A stretch of 64,000 nt of DNA from Cystobasidiomycetes sp. EMM_F5 (taxonomy: Eukaryota): positions 620,001 through 684,000 of the forward strand of contig JBPGPT010000002.1 in NCBI GenBank assembly GCA_051047955.1, written 5' to 3'. The position numbers were made by a program, and so were the translations under genes. This document shows, one piece after another, positions 1 through 12,912 of the stretch (positions within the stretch are counted from its first letter, which is position 1; each line of letters opens with the position of its first letter). Under the pieces are notes generated by a model that was given only the letters and a program-made list of their open reading frames with translations, did no database searches and was not told where the DNA came from.

Positions 1-1041
1 GGAAGCCTGTCGACGCGCTGGATAGGCGTATCGTATAGACCCAAGCTGCTGTGCTGTAGCAGTCGGCTCGCAATGCAAGACCCTTCACGCCTCGGTGACG
101 AGACCCTCCGAGTCTTCAACCGAGCTCAGACCCTCAACGAGCGAGGCGTCTCGTGAACTTATTGCAAATGTCGATGCAAAAGGAATACTCCAAACATTGG
201 CAGCGTGTGCTCGCATTAATCCTGCGGTGCCGGCGCCTTTGAAGGCTTCTCCATCTAATCTTTCCTCAAACGCCCGGATTCAATTAGCAAAGAGCGTCAC
301 CCCGCTGAAGCCCTCCGCCCTTTACGAATCGCGCCGCGATGGTCATCATGCGACCATGCTGTTGTAATAAACACACCAGAAACAACGCTTCTACTACGTA
401 TGTGGTGCCTCTCTACAGTGACAACTGCTGAGAACACACAGCTGGATGGTACATCGCTCATCCTGACTTGCAGCTTGCAAAAGCACCTACTCCATCAGCC
501 ATCGCGTAACTACGTACACGCGCTTTATATTGTTCAAATGCCATCGCCTCTCGACACGGCAAACCTCACGTGCGCATCGCATGCTGCCAAATTTCGCATT
601 TGGCAAGACGCCGTTCTCGACCGGATCTGCCCTGAGACGCGATTTATTTGTTTATTTATAGATTCATCAACATGCATATGGACGAGTCTTTGCAGGTTGC
701 CCGTGTATTGGCACTTTGCGATCCATCTGCAGCTGAACGCACAACTCCATATATATGCATGCCAAAGCTTACCGCTATGTGACAAGGCACAGCTGAATAT
801 TCGCTGACTGTAACTTCTGCACATCGGTTCGCAAAGCAGTCTTCGTGTGAATCTCGTCAGCAGTCCCATGCCTGATAGACTGCTGGTCGAGCGTTCTCTT
901 CCTCCGCATACTCTTGCTCCTCCTCGTCAAACCCAGTCATCACCACCCAATTCTGCTTCGCGTTCCGCGTTCAGAACGCGCTCCTCGTACTGCAGCACAA
1001 TCTGCAACAATCACAGCCGGCAATCCTTTCTTTAGCAGAAA

Positions 1042-2157
1042 TTATGGAAAGGGAAGCGTCTCAACGCTCCTTACCGCAGCAGTCTCCGGTTGGCCCCAGC
1101 TGCCATAGTCCCAATGACAACCCTCAAAAGGCTGCATGCAACGTGGCCGTTTGTGAGGCTTCTTCATACTCCCATAACCAGACCAACCGAATGCCGCACG
1201 GGTCAAATCCAACAACGTGATACCAGTTTCGTTGTGAAGATTGTCATTTACCCACCAATCGTGGTCCCACACGCCCAGAGGGGGGTCCGCATCATCGCGG
1301 ACGACAAGCTTGGCGCTTTCGACTGGCAGTGTCAGGGCGAAGAGGCTAGAAACGACAATGTGCGAGTCGATTCTGTACTTCTTGCTAAAGTATTGATCGG
1401 ACAGCCGCTGATCAGACAGCTCCGTGCTGACTTCCTTGGTAAGACTATGGATGAATCGGCGTGCACTGTCATCATCATGTCCATCTTGTATCAGATTCAA
1501 CATGGTGGCTGGAATTGAGAGCCTGCATCTGTCTTCGAAGGCCAGTGCCCCAAAGACCGCCAGCAAGGGACAGCCTGGTCGATAAACTGCGTCGATGGCA
1601 GCGGTATTGTATTCGAGTCTGATGTTGGATGGACCAGCAAGGTTGCGAACAGCTTTTAGCCCATCCATCACATCGACAAACGGATGCATTACTGCATCGA
1701 GAATGGGCATCGCTTCGAATGATGGCGGTAGCGGCTCTGGTTCCTCTTCAAGGGGATTGTGGGGCAGTTTCCGATTATCTTGCATCTACAGTCAGACATC
1801 GACCCAGCGCAGTAATTGGATAGACTGACCAATCTCTCGCTGCTTTGTAGTGTACTCCTGCATTATCGTTCGACAGGCTCGACAACGGTCAGAATGGTAA
1901 ATGATTGCAAGAGAGATCGACTTCCACGTCTTCGAGGTATCGATAAGGGTCCTCCCGAAGCCTCGTGTACGAAGCGCAGCCTTCCAGGCAGTCTCGAGGT
2001 ACGTTACGCTTGCGAGATCTCGACGCCACCTTGAACAGGTCTGACTGAGGCACGCGACCTCCCAGCATGTAAGATGCGGTACTATGCCATGTAGTATGAT
2101 ATCCTGCGGCAGGTTCAGCAGGGATGCCGCGCTCTTCTGCTCTTCTTGCACGAGCAT
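1042..2157 (-). CDS. F-box domain protein (2 exons; intron ~1786-1829)
   Basis: N-terminal LLNLPQDIILHGIVPHLTCWEVACLSQTCSRWR is a typical F-box. A GTCAGT...CTGAC..TAG intron joins ORFs 1792..2157 and 1042..1785. Confidence 0.8.
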
Positions 2158-2516
2158 TTTTCGCTTGTCAGTCCAGAGCGAACCCGTGTCGAACGAAGTC
2201 TGCTACTGGCATATCGAGTAGCGTTGCTTGCCATTTTGAAGCTGTTATCTTTAAGTGCGTATTTCTGCCGTTCACCACCTGTGCTGCAGTTGGTCCTCAG
2301 CCAAAACGATGCGCATCACTTTGCAATGCTTATCGCCGATGCTGGCGCCGCACGTGACCTTTGTTGACTTTACGGATCTCGCGTTTGAAATGTTTACAAG
2401 CCTTGCTAATGCACATAATCTGCGAGTAATTACGGAATACCTGCACAATCTGAGTCTGATAATCTGAGGAAACGTATGCCTGCATAGTCAGAACGGGGCT
2501 GCCCAAGACTGCCGCA

Positions 2517-5500
2517 ATGATGCTCGCTGGACTCGCCAATGATTCGATAAACAGCGCCGGGTCCAGCGATGCCTCAGCTGTCGAGCTGAGTGCCATCGAG
2601 CAGCAGAAGGAAAACATACAGCCTCTCGCAGCTGGCCGGTCAGCAAAAGCCCTGCATGCCCTATTCACGGCCGACCGTAAACAATTGCACGACGAACTGC
2701 GCGAAGGGCACGAGGGATTCCGGAAAGAAATCCAGCAGGCTGAACGCGAAGGATCAGATGACCCTTTAGATGTCTATCACCGGTGTGTACAAATCACGCT
2801 ATCGCCTCTGTGTTTGGCCTTACAAACCGCCCCGCCGCAGATACGTCCGGTGGACGCTCTCTTCGTACCCGACCGGGCCATCCCACGCTTCCCACCTGGT
2901 CCCCCTGTTGGAAGAAGCGACTCGCAAATTTGTGCACGAGGAGCAGTACAAGTCTGATGTGCGCCTACTAAAGCTATGGATTCTCTATGCCAAGTACATA
3001 GACTGTCCGAGGGACATCTTTCGGTTTTTGGAGGGATTGCAAGTGGGCGTGACATTGGCAAGCTTCTACGAAGAATGGGCAATACTCGAAGAGCAGAGAA
3101 ATGAGTGAGCAAGATAGTAAAGCTCCGTCTCAAACCAAACTAAGCCGCTCTTTGCAGCTATGCGAGTGCGAAAGCCATCTATAAGCTCGGTATCGCTAGG
3201 CGGGCACAACCGCTCGAGAGGCTGAAAAAGCGTAGAGATGCCTTTCAGGCCCGTATGCTACTGCCCAGAGCAGAACAGATCGAGCGAGATGTCGGAACAG
3301 AGGCTTCAAATTATGGCCGTACCATACTAGGAGACAGCGCCGGCCATACTACATCATGCGGCGGGCATACTGCATTCAAGGGCAATGCGACGTCGACTGC
3401 TTCTTCCCGTCTGCCTCTAGCTAACAATGGCGCGTCTCTCTTTGCGGTCTTTCAGGATGGTGACGAAAATGGCAATCCACAACAGCAACAGGACGGCTGG
3501 AATGACGTTGGCACGGTAGAACAGCGCAAAAAGGAGAATATACGTCAAGCTACAAGCTGGAATGCCGATGTTCCATTCCAGCAGAACGCATTATCGGCAT
3601 CACAAAGCGGCAACAAGATCGCCGTTTTCCGAGACGATGTGGGCACTGTTGCAAACGCGCATATGACTGAAACGTCTGATTGATCCCGACAGGACGCACC
3701 TCTTCCTCAAGGTGTTTTGACGAGCAGCGCCAACGGATTGTCATTGTCGAGATCACTGAGAGGTCCGGGAGAAGCGGAATTACTGCGCAGGGATCCCTTT
3801 CGCAATCATACGCAAGCAGTTGTCTTGGCCAACTTGCCTACCTCAGACTCGATCGCGCTGCCAGAGAAGACCGCCCCTACAAATACATTACCGTCAGCAG
3901 GACCATCATCGTCATCAGTGCAGTCCGGCAGCAGCAATCGGCCTAGCAAGAAATCACATCAATCAATAGCGGACACCGCACCAATCCCAAAGCGCGCTGA
4001 GCGTGTAGCTTCACCTTTGCACGACATTTACCCGGACGGCGCGAATGGCCCAGAGTATTCTTTCGAAGAGATTTATGCAAGCCGAATGGGGCTACGGCAT
4101 GTGCGCTCTGGTACCTTAGAGGGGCGTCTGGCTGTACCGATGCAAGCTTGGGAAATAGAATGTAGGAGCAGCGGCGCATCATGGCGCCAGGACTCTTCCG
4201 GGCAGACATTGCTACGCGACCCAATCAGTAAAGCACCCCTGTTTCAGTATATAAGAAGGCAGGATGAAGCTGAGCAGGCCCTGCGACTGGAGGAAGAGCG
4301 AATCGCCGGGAGGGAAGCAGAGTCTGCTAGATTGGCTGAGACTGCTGCTGCTGGATTGGCGGTTCGGGAAGCGGACCGGGCTCGGCGCCGTGATGCTGGT
4401 GTTACGGCCAGCGTATTGCACGCTGGTCCGAAGAATCGCGAAATCACGGTCTGGCAAGATCAAGTAGAAGGCAGCTTTCGCGAAGCTGGGGTGCACCTCT
4501 TAAGCGAATGCAGCGAGACAGGGCCTCACCAATGGGCGGACATGCGGTCCTCCGATGACTCAAACGAGCCTGCTGCGATTCGGGCACAATCTGAAGAAAG
4601 AACAGCATTCCGCCCGCCCTCGCCGACAATCAATACAAAAGCAGCTCTTGCTGAAGTCAATGCTATGTTCAGCAAGACTATGCGATTTGACGATGCTCAG
4701 GATTACGATAAGCACGAGAGTAACTCAGATACCGAACATTCAGCCTCCGACGAAGACGACTTTGATAATGCTACACCGCTGCCGCCGAGTCAAGCAGAGA
4801 CCGATGACACTTTTTGGAATCACAGTCAGCCTGCTAGTCAAAGCCAAAGTCAGCAACCCTTTCAATCCCAGTCTACCATGCCCAGTCAAAGCAGCCTGGG
4901 AACGACTTCTGAGTCCGGAGATACAACCGAAGGCAGTGATTCGGAGTCTGATCATATCCAGCAACAGCAGTATATCTCGCTAAAACCTTCTGCTTCTGAA
5001 TCCCAATTGGCCATGTCGAGATCCAGCTCATCTTCCTCATCCGCGTCCGGCCAATTCGAACCCTTTAGACCCAGCCGGCCGAGAACAACTCCCTTCATTC
5101 CCAAGAAGCCCCGTGCGAACGCAAAAGCGGACGAAAACAGTTCGTTCACCGTTAAATCAGCAAGTGCTGCGATAGCACGCGCGGGTATGTCAACAGAAGA
5201 CAATCAGCAGGACTCCGCGCAGCCTGCTTTCGAGATCTACAGGGAAGAACCAGTATCGGTTGTGTCATCCCAGTATACAATGACGAACAGCATTAAGCAC
5301 AAGCATATTACCGGCCCTTCGGCGCAGGAGTCGCCTAATGACGTTTCTATTGACAAGGGTGGTCCATCTGCCGAATCAGAAACGCCCGGATATGCACTTG
5401 GCAGGCGGATCGGCGGGGCAAGCGCTTTCGCAAATAACGTCAACATAATGACTCCCATAATTGAGCGGACTTGCGAATTTGGAATGTCCACGAATACCTT

Positions 5501-6983
5501 TCCAGGCAATTCCAGCTCCAGCATCCAAGCCTTCACCGTACTCGCAGACGCCGAAACAGACAACGACGGATTTGACATTGTATATGACGATCTTGTCAGC
5601 AGTCGGACCAGCGTTTCGCATTTAGACAGACGGAGAAATGCAGACGAAAAGGAGGTTGACGTACTTGTAGCTCCTTCCGTACGCGAGGATGATATTGCAA
5701 CCAATGTGAAGACAAATCCGCGATTTGGTAACAATAACACTGGCTCCGCTCTCCCAATCGATCCGCTCGCACCATCACTATTACACAGCATTTTGAACGA
5801 TCGCGATATGAAGCTGTCAAACTTATCGGGCTTCGTAGATCGCCGCTCACAGTATGCCCGCAAGCTTGACGGTCTGCAGAAAACGGCCAAGTCAAGACGC
5901 AAATCGGGAGGCCGTCGTTCCAGCTCCGTATTTGACGAATCCGTTTGGGAACTAGAGCTGGATCGCTCAGTCTTTTCTGTCAGGGAGAAGCTGGGAGAAG
6001 GAGGTTTTGGGGCTGTATTCCGCGTAGTCGAGCTTCTCGACGGAGAACAGGACGAAGACGAAGACTTGGTGCAGACCGCGCTAAAGGTCGAGAGTCCAGC
6101 CAACTTATGGGAGTTCTTCATACTACACCTGATCCACTCGCGGATAGCAAAAAGTGTCCGGAAGTCGGTCATTCGATCTCATCGTTTATATGCTTACAAG
6201 GACGAATCACATATGCTGGTCGACTACTGCGACCAGGGAACCTTGTTAAACGCAGTCAATCATGCGCAAGAGGCAGGCGTCGGTCCAGCCGGAGGCGGTC
6301 TTGGATTTGAAGAAGTCGTTGCTATGTTCTTTACAGTCGAGTTAAGTCGGGTCTTGGAAGGCTTTCACGATGCTGGATTCTTGCATGGTGACTTCAAGAT
6401 TGACAACTGCCTACTTAGGCTAGACGAAGTTGCTGGCGGTGCACGCAATTGGTGCGGCACTTACAGATCGGACGGTAGTGGCGGGTGGTCCAGTAAGGGC
6501 GTTTGTGTCATCGATTTTGGTCGCACAATCGACTTGCGACAGTATGCCGATGGCCAAAGCTTCTCGACGAAGTGGACGACAGACAAGCATGATTGTCCCG
6601 AGATGATGCAGGGTCGTCCTTGGACATACCAGCCAGACTACTATGGACTAGCCTGCTGTGCTCATGTCCTTCTGTTTGGCCGATATCTCGAGACTGCCTC
6701 CATGGAGGATACGTCAGCGGGAGTCCGATACGCTGTCAAAGAGCCATTCAAGCGCTACCATCAGGCGGCACTTTGGTCTCGGTTCTTTGACATTCTTCTT
6801 AATCCCACTCTGGTCAACCGCGACGGATCCTTGCCAATCACTGGCACTGTAGCGGACGTTCGGCGTGAGATGGAGATATGGCTCGAGGCCAATTCTGAAC
6901 GCAGCGGAAAGAATTTGAAACACCTACTCAAGAAGTTAGAGATACAAGCCATGTCGTCGTCGTCGTCGTCACGAGATCGTTAG
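2517..6983 (+). CDS. BUB1: Spindle checkpoint kinase Bub1/Mad3 (MadBub), 4 exons
   Basis: KEN box IEQQKENIQPL, TPR region (DDPLDVY...KLWILYA), second KEN, GLEBS (EYSFEEIYA), CD1 (PSPTINTKAALAEVNAMF) and kinase motifs GEGGFG, HGDFKIDN, DFG. Confidence 0.95.
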
Positions 6984-7235
6984 TCGGACGCGACAAAATT
7001 ACCACCGTTTTCGACTTTCTCGTAAGGTAGTTTCTTCTGATACCAAGAGGCCAATTGTGGCGGATGACATCAAGCTTTCAGCACGGCAGACCTGATTCCC
7101 TGTGAATGTCTATGTTTACAACGTAGTTTGCAGCGACTATCCTAGGTCATCAACTAATTTATGCCATACTAACCACTGCACAAGCACTGATGAAATGCAG
7201 AATGCGAACAAAGAATCCAATGCTAGCGGGATATA

Positions 7236-8664
7236 TCAGTTGCAGTCAATCAAGAGACGTCTCTTTCCTACGTCTATGCCCCCTATTTCCAGCATAGACA
7301 AGACAGTGGTGGAAGAAGGCCATGCAGCGCTCTGCCGACCGTAGGCCCAGTCGCTGGGAGGTCCGACTATGTTGGACCAGTCGTGCAGAATGTTACCCTT
7401 GCCGGTCTGTAGCCAGGCCTCCGCCTCGTCGGCAGGCACTCGTCGGAACAAAACGAGTACGCGATGAAGCGAGATGACTGCTTCCGAGGTGATCTCAATT
7501 GGCAAATCGTCCTCAAAGTCGCAACGCGGAACTACGCGAACGGCAACGTATTGCTCCTTTGCAAAACGAGGTGTCCAGGACTGTTGGCACAACATGTTAG
7601 GTGCACTTCAGCGCGGATTGCTGTACGTCACTTACATTGATGAAGTCCATTCGAGCCCTTTGGCAAACCTTGAGCTTCTTCAGGACTCTGTTGATGTAGT
7701 AAGACAATTGCTCGATGTGCGACAAGACTGCAGTTTCGCGCTCTACAGAGAAGGGTCCGTAATCATATACTGGCGATTGGAGCGTTTGCGTGAAACTGGA
7801 GACTGCGGATCGTCTAGATGAGGGCTGATCACCGCCAGGCTTTGCATCCTCTCGGGCGCTTCGTGTCGATGATGAGACCCATTGCGCTGCGATAACGCTT
7901 TCCATTTCATCGCCGTCGGGGTTTGACGAAGCCATAGTGGTCATCGTGGTGGTAGTCAATTGACGCGCCAAGCTGACAGGTCGAGCGTTGAGACCACCAT
8001 GCTCAGACTTGACAGACACATCGGCAAGTTTTGAAGCAAGACTTGGACTGGCACTATCGACCGAAGACGTGGGCGAGCTATGGGGCGTGGAGAAGATCGA
8101 AGAAGATTCGGGAGATGCAGGAGCTGTAAAGGTTGAAGAGGTGCTCCGTGGTCTGGGTTGGGCGTAAAGTTCGGGAGTCCTCATGCGGGCAATGTGCGCA
8201 TACGCTTCCAAGGGTTGAAGTGGAACACGAGGTAACGCTACAGATGTCGGCAAGGTCTTGGGAGACGGACCGCGATTTTCAGTATCTGAGCAAATCTGAC
8301 TGGAGTTATATGTCGTAGGCATGGGCGGCACACCGTGCAGAGTGTCGGGAAGCTTGCCGGACTGGACCGCACTGCGTGCAGGAAGCGCAGACAACGTATA
8401 CGCGGAAGCGGGGACGTCTGCAGAGGTCTTGACGGATGCCGCTGAAATCTTCCACGACACGACAGTCACATTGTCATTCTCTCGTCGTGGCAACCTTTTG
8501 CTGAGCGCGGTCGTTGGTAGCTTGAGCACCACGCGTGTGCAGTCGAGGGGCGAATGGATGCTGGTACTGCTAGTACTGCAACAGGCCGAATTGAGTGTGC
8601 CGGTTTCGGAGATCAATTCTTTACGTAGAGGGAACAGATAGATAGCATGTCGTTCTGAGGTCAT
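7236..8664 (-). CDS. Hypothetical protein: S/T/P-rich N-half plus a globular C-terminal domain; start uncertain
   Basis: The 355-aa ORF joins 7236..7595 through a GTAAGT...CTAAC...CAG intron at ~7581-7635. No family recognised. Confidence 0.6.
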
Positions 8665-9808
8665 TCTTGCGGATATCGTTGCGTTGACAGTTTGTTGTTC
8701 GTTGTTAGAGATCCGTTATTGACGGCTACAGGAGGTAAGGTCGTAGCCGGGAAACAGGTATGAGAGTCTGAATTGAGTTTTTGGGCCTCTGAGTACGTGT
8801 CAGGCTGCGGTTGCCTTTGTGCGATATCGTCCGCCTCTTGGGTTCCCAAATCACTTCGGCTTGCACCCGGTTGACCCAAGCAGCCCGGACGAGGCTGGCA
8901 GGGAGAATTCGCAAGCTGATAGCCTTTGTCCAGTGTACGAGATGTTGCGTACTCTTCGAAATATCCAATTGTGACCTTGTGCCGAGTGCCGTGACGATCC
9001 GGAGCTTTAAGGGGCTGCGATACTTCAGAGCTCCAGAGATAGATACGACAAGTCGCGCTCTGCACAAAGTTGATGGAGCGTAAGAGAAGAATCAAGTCCA
9101 AATCGTCCTCCTCCGTTTACGTGTTTCGTCTTCAGCCTGGCAATCCAGTTACATAATTACGTGCCCCTGCAGATCACTTGCGCGCCGGCATGCTTGGGTG
9201 TGGGCGACCGCAATTTCAAAGAGTGTGGTCTTGCTTTCAGCCTATTGAGCAGCCGCAAGTGTAAATGCGAATACCCAGCCAGAGGTATGTCCCAGATGCC
9301 GTCCAGAATGGTCGAGGCCCAAAAGTTTTGGTGACGTTGGACGGCTCCGCTTTTCGCGTCGCAATGCAAGACGAGCTCCGTCGTAGCAGTAAAGGCAAGC
9401 ACCGGCTGCCGCCAGTGTCCAGGATATCGGCATTATCTGGCGCGTCTCCTGATGGTCCTAGACCCATTGTCGCATTAGTACCTTACGCGCTCTAGGCCTT
9501 TAGCGTCCCGTCGCGTCGTCGGAGAGGGCCGGGGGCTGGGCCCCTTTGCTGCTGGCGCTCTAGCAACATCAGCGAAAATGCAGCAAGACAATGCTGCCGT
9601 CGTATGAGACGCGCAAGACGTGCAAAAGGTCATTCTATGGCCACGCCGCGGCGCTCTCAGTGCTACTCGTCCTCGTACATTCAAGCTTCATCTTCCCCGC
9701 TTTCATAGTGCAAAAGACGAAATGACACAGAAAGCCTTCAGCTTTACTCTCTGCATACACACACTCACTCGATATTACATAGAGCCTGTCTGCGTACATA
9801 CACCAATC

Positions 9809-11230
9809 TCACAAGATGACGCAACGCCGACGAGATCCTGGCTTTTTGCGCTTTCCCTCGCGTTGCTGGTTTGGAACATCGTTCCGATGACGAATGACCT
9901 GTCTCAGCAAGTCTTCAAACACGTTGTGAACGTTGATGTCGCGCCGTGCACTCGTCTCGTAGTATGGCACTCCGCCCCAGGTTTGGGTAGTGAGGGCTAC
10001 AGGTATCTGCCGCGGCACTTGGCGTTCGTTGACGAGATCCACTGCGTACAAAGCTATCGTCAGTACCTTGCACACGCTTGTAATACGCACTCACCTTTGT
10101 TGCCAACCAAGACTATCGGTATATTACTCTGAGCAAGTGATAGCCATATGTTAGTATACGCGGGACAAGCAGCGTCAACACACTACAGCCCACCGCAGTG
10201 TATCCATCCACTTCTTTCAGTCGTAATATCTGATCCCGCAGATTGGATAGCTCGTTGAGAGTCTCCATGCTTGTCAGAGAAAAGACGAGAACAAAAGCGT
10301 CCCCGCTCTTCATGTATATCGAGTGCAAGGCCATACTGTTCTACGTTAGTGTATATTCCTGAAATTCAGGCCAAAAACCCTGTGCATACACTGAACGGGA
10401 AGCATTAGCGCTTGTAGTATCGTATCCGGGCGATATGTGCTTACACTGATGAGTCGTCCCCGTTGCCGAGTCGAAGAGCACGCAGCCATGACTTTAGCAT
10501 CTGATCTTTGACATGACTCTGCGCGCTGTCTACGCACTTGTTCTGTCCCGGCTGTGTCGAGCACCTCGACTTGGATCGTCACGCCATCGACTTGCACTAT
10601 CTTCTGGTACTGCGCAGGGGAGACTAATCAGCTTTAGCCGTATTGCATCTTGTATGTCAAGCTCACTTGATCTTCTATGGCTGTTTATCACGTACGGCGA
10701 CGTCGTTGACGCGTACCAGGGCAGAGATAAATATCGCGCACGTGAGCGTGTAAAGCTGCATGCAAGCGAGTTTGCACTGACTGGGATCATAACTCTCGAC
10801 GCTGTATAGCACAAAGGGGTTATATGTGGTTCAGCTCTTCCGTAATTGAGATTGCAGACATAGCCATGCTGTCGTAAATTTGTGCCTCTTGACGACCGAG
10901 ACTGCCATTGACTGCAGCTGTTCAGGATTGTCCAACTCACAAGACGCTGTAGACGTATTGACACGTTAAGGCAGACTTGCCTACACCACCGCCTGCAGTA
11001 GGTTCCTAAGCCATCAGACTGTGATATCCCGATGCCGGACCCGAACTGCGCAACGGCCGCGAAATGGATTCAGGCATGACTTTTGGCCAACTCACTGCCC
11101 AGTATCACGACCTTTGTGCGGTGGAATGGAGCATCATTCGATCCTGTTCCCATGGCCAGTTCATGCCCGCTTCGCTCGTCGGTGTGCGCGAAAACAAAAT
11201 GATGGACACTTTCATTTCATCGGGTCTCAT
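9809..11230 (-). CDS. RSR1: Rap/Rsr1(Bud1)-like Ras GTPase, ~11 exons including micro-exons
   Basis: Spliced product reads MRPDEMK|VVILGS|GGVGKSALTCQYVYSVF|VESYDPT|IEDQ|YQK..DTAGTEQ|F|MALHSIYMKSG..|NIPIVLVGNK|VDL..ETSAR..RRRCVIL (CAAX). Thr at the Ras Q61 position is Rap-type. The first exon is less certain. Confidence 0.88.
10390..10390 (-). other. Putative second 1-nt coding exon (T) of the Rap/Rsr1 gene
   Basis: Minus strand reads CTAAT..gttCAG|T|GTATGC, flanked by two 54-nt introns. Confidence 0.78.
10445..10445 (-). other. Putative 1-nt coding exon (T) of the Rap/Rsr1 gene
   Basis: Minus strand reads catCAG|T|GTAAGC. Needed for frame and for the Phe of DTAGTEQF. Confidence 0.75.
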
Positions 11231-11709
11231 GGCCTTCTCACGCATTGACCTGCCTCTTTTTTTGCGAAATGCAATGAAAGACTCACAGACCTTCCGGATG
11301 ACATACGCTTACCCAACGAGTTAAGCTTCCTAGCCTCCGAGTCGCATCGCGACCCGTACTCTGCGACAATTCCATTTGTCGTCCGGGTCGGAATGTGGAG
11401 CATCGCGGGTGCGCTCACTCATGGGCAGCAGGACAGTCACAATGGGCAACAAACTCTCACGCCTCGTGATGTTTATGTCCACCGGGTTGCCAACGGACAA
11501 GCTCGAAGCAATACAGTAATGGCAAGTCACTTCACTTGTCGACATTCCACGAAATTGCTGTCCCGCTCTTCATCTGGAGATCGTGATGCATACGCTACAT
11601 GACGTCGGGAAATCGAAGTGATCCGATTCCATAGTCCATTCTTTTCTTTGGCTCTTCTGTCTCTATCTGCGCCATATCTCCATTCTTCTTGTTCATGTGA
11701 TCGCCTACG

Positions 11710-12397
11710 TTATTTCAGATGTATGCTTTCTGTGAGAGATGCCTCCACCGTGTCAGTCTCGATGCTGATTTCGTCGGCTTGCAAGGCTGCCGGATCGTCA
11801 ACTATCTGGTCAGCCTCCATTTACGGCGTTTCATTCTTGATGGAACTGACTGTATGTTCCAGCCGGGAACTGAGTTGATTTAATGGTAACGTTTTTGGCG
11901 GCGACGTAGCCGTCAAAGTGCAATCCGCTGATGATCTTTCGATGAGAAAAGATATAGCAACAGTATTTCAGCTGAATGTTCTCGTCACAGTCTATATTTT
12001 TGGCAAGACCAGCACGTACACGTTGCCCGCCCAGGTAGACGTTGACAGTATACTCAGAGCCTGTCTGTTCCTGCGATAGCGATGGTAAGGCGAGACACAG
12101 CGACAGCGAGCGACAGGCACCTACTCCATCTAGCATCTTGAAGGGCAGGAGCGCAGCTCCGTTGCTGTATTTGTAAGTAGATCCAGCGGCCGGATACTTG
12201 ATGTAGGCCGCTGTGGAGACATATGAGGGCATTCAGTACTACGCACAGACCCTCGCCTTTTGATTGGAACGCTCACGGTGAGGTTCGCGGGACGCCATGT
12301 CGGATATAGCACGCATGTCGAGTGCTGTACCAGACACACAGTGTATACCTAAGAATGCGAGGGTCCCAAACATGGCTGCGGTGGATGTGAACTTCAT
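11710..12397 (-). CDS. Small secreted protein, multi-exon (model approximate)
   Basis: Signal-like MKFTSTAAMFGTLAFLGIHCVSG followed by spliceable segments AYIKYPAAGSTYKY.., TGSEYTVNVYLGG, IISGLHFDGYVAAKNVTI. Confidence 0.55.
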
Positions 12398-12912
12398 GAT
12401 GGAGGTGATGAATGCAGGGTGGAGACAAGAGATCAACGCAGAAACAGACGGGCGACAAGAAAGAACAGCTCGTCGACGTCCGTGTCAGCTTTGAACACAA
12501 CTCGCACACCCGACCTCAGCTCGAGAATGCAGCATTCCACGCTAAATCGTAGTCGGTCAAACACTTCGTCATCGAGCTGTTTGGAGGCAGAAGACGAGCA
12601 ATGTCACCCAGACTTGCGAGCTCCAGCTGGGCTCTACAGCTGGGCTGTCCGTGATGTAACTTATGTTGGCACTTTATGAGCTCCAACGTTGTCCATACGC
12701 TCGAGCCAGGTGCAGACTTTTGTCGTATTCAGCTTTTGCGCGTATATCCGCCCAGTACACGATTCAAAATTGCTCTTTGTTGTATACTGATTCTGGCGAG
12801 CACGTCGGTGTACATCACTGTGCAGAGCTTGCTGTGCTGCGTCCCTTGTTTGTCGCATGTTGGGATCTTTCGAACTGCCATTGCAACTTGACCACACCAC
12901 CACCGCGAAAAC

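Noticed and set aside
1..1040. ORFs 95..367, 400..807 and 534..869
   Set aside because: No recognisable motifs. The first may be the tail of a gene from the previous window, but this cannot be supported here.
5237..6172. Long antisense ORFs (311 aa here; also 35615..36166 and 52424..53047)
   Set aside because: Shadow ORFs opposite well-supported genes.
10336..10537. Single 202-nt intron or stwintron as alternative to the 1-nt exons
   Set aside because: A single intron frameshifts and loses the Phe. Removing an internal intron does not create a split GT or AG as a stwintron would require.
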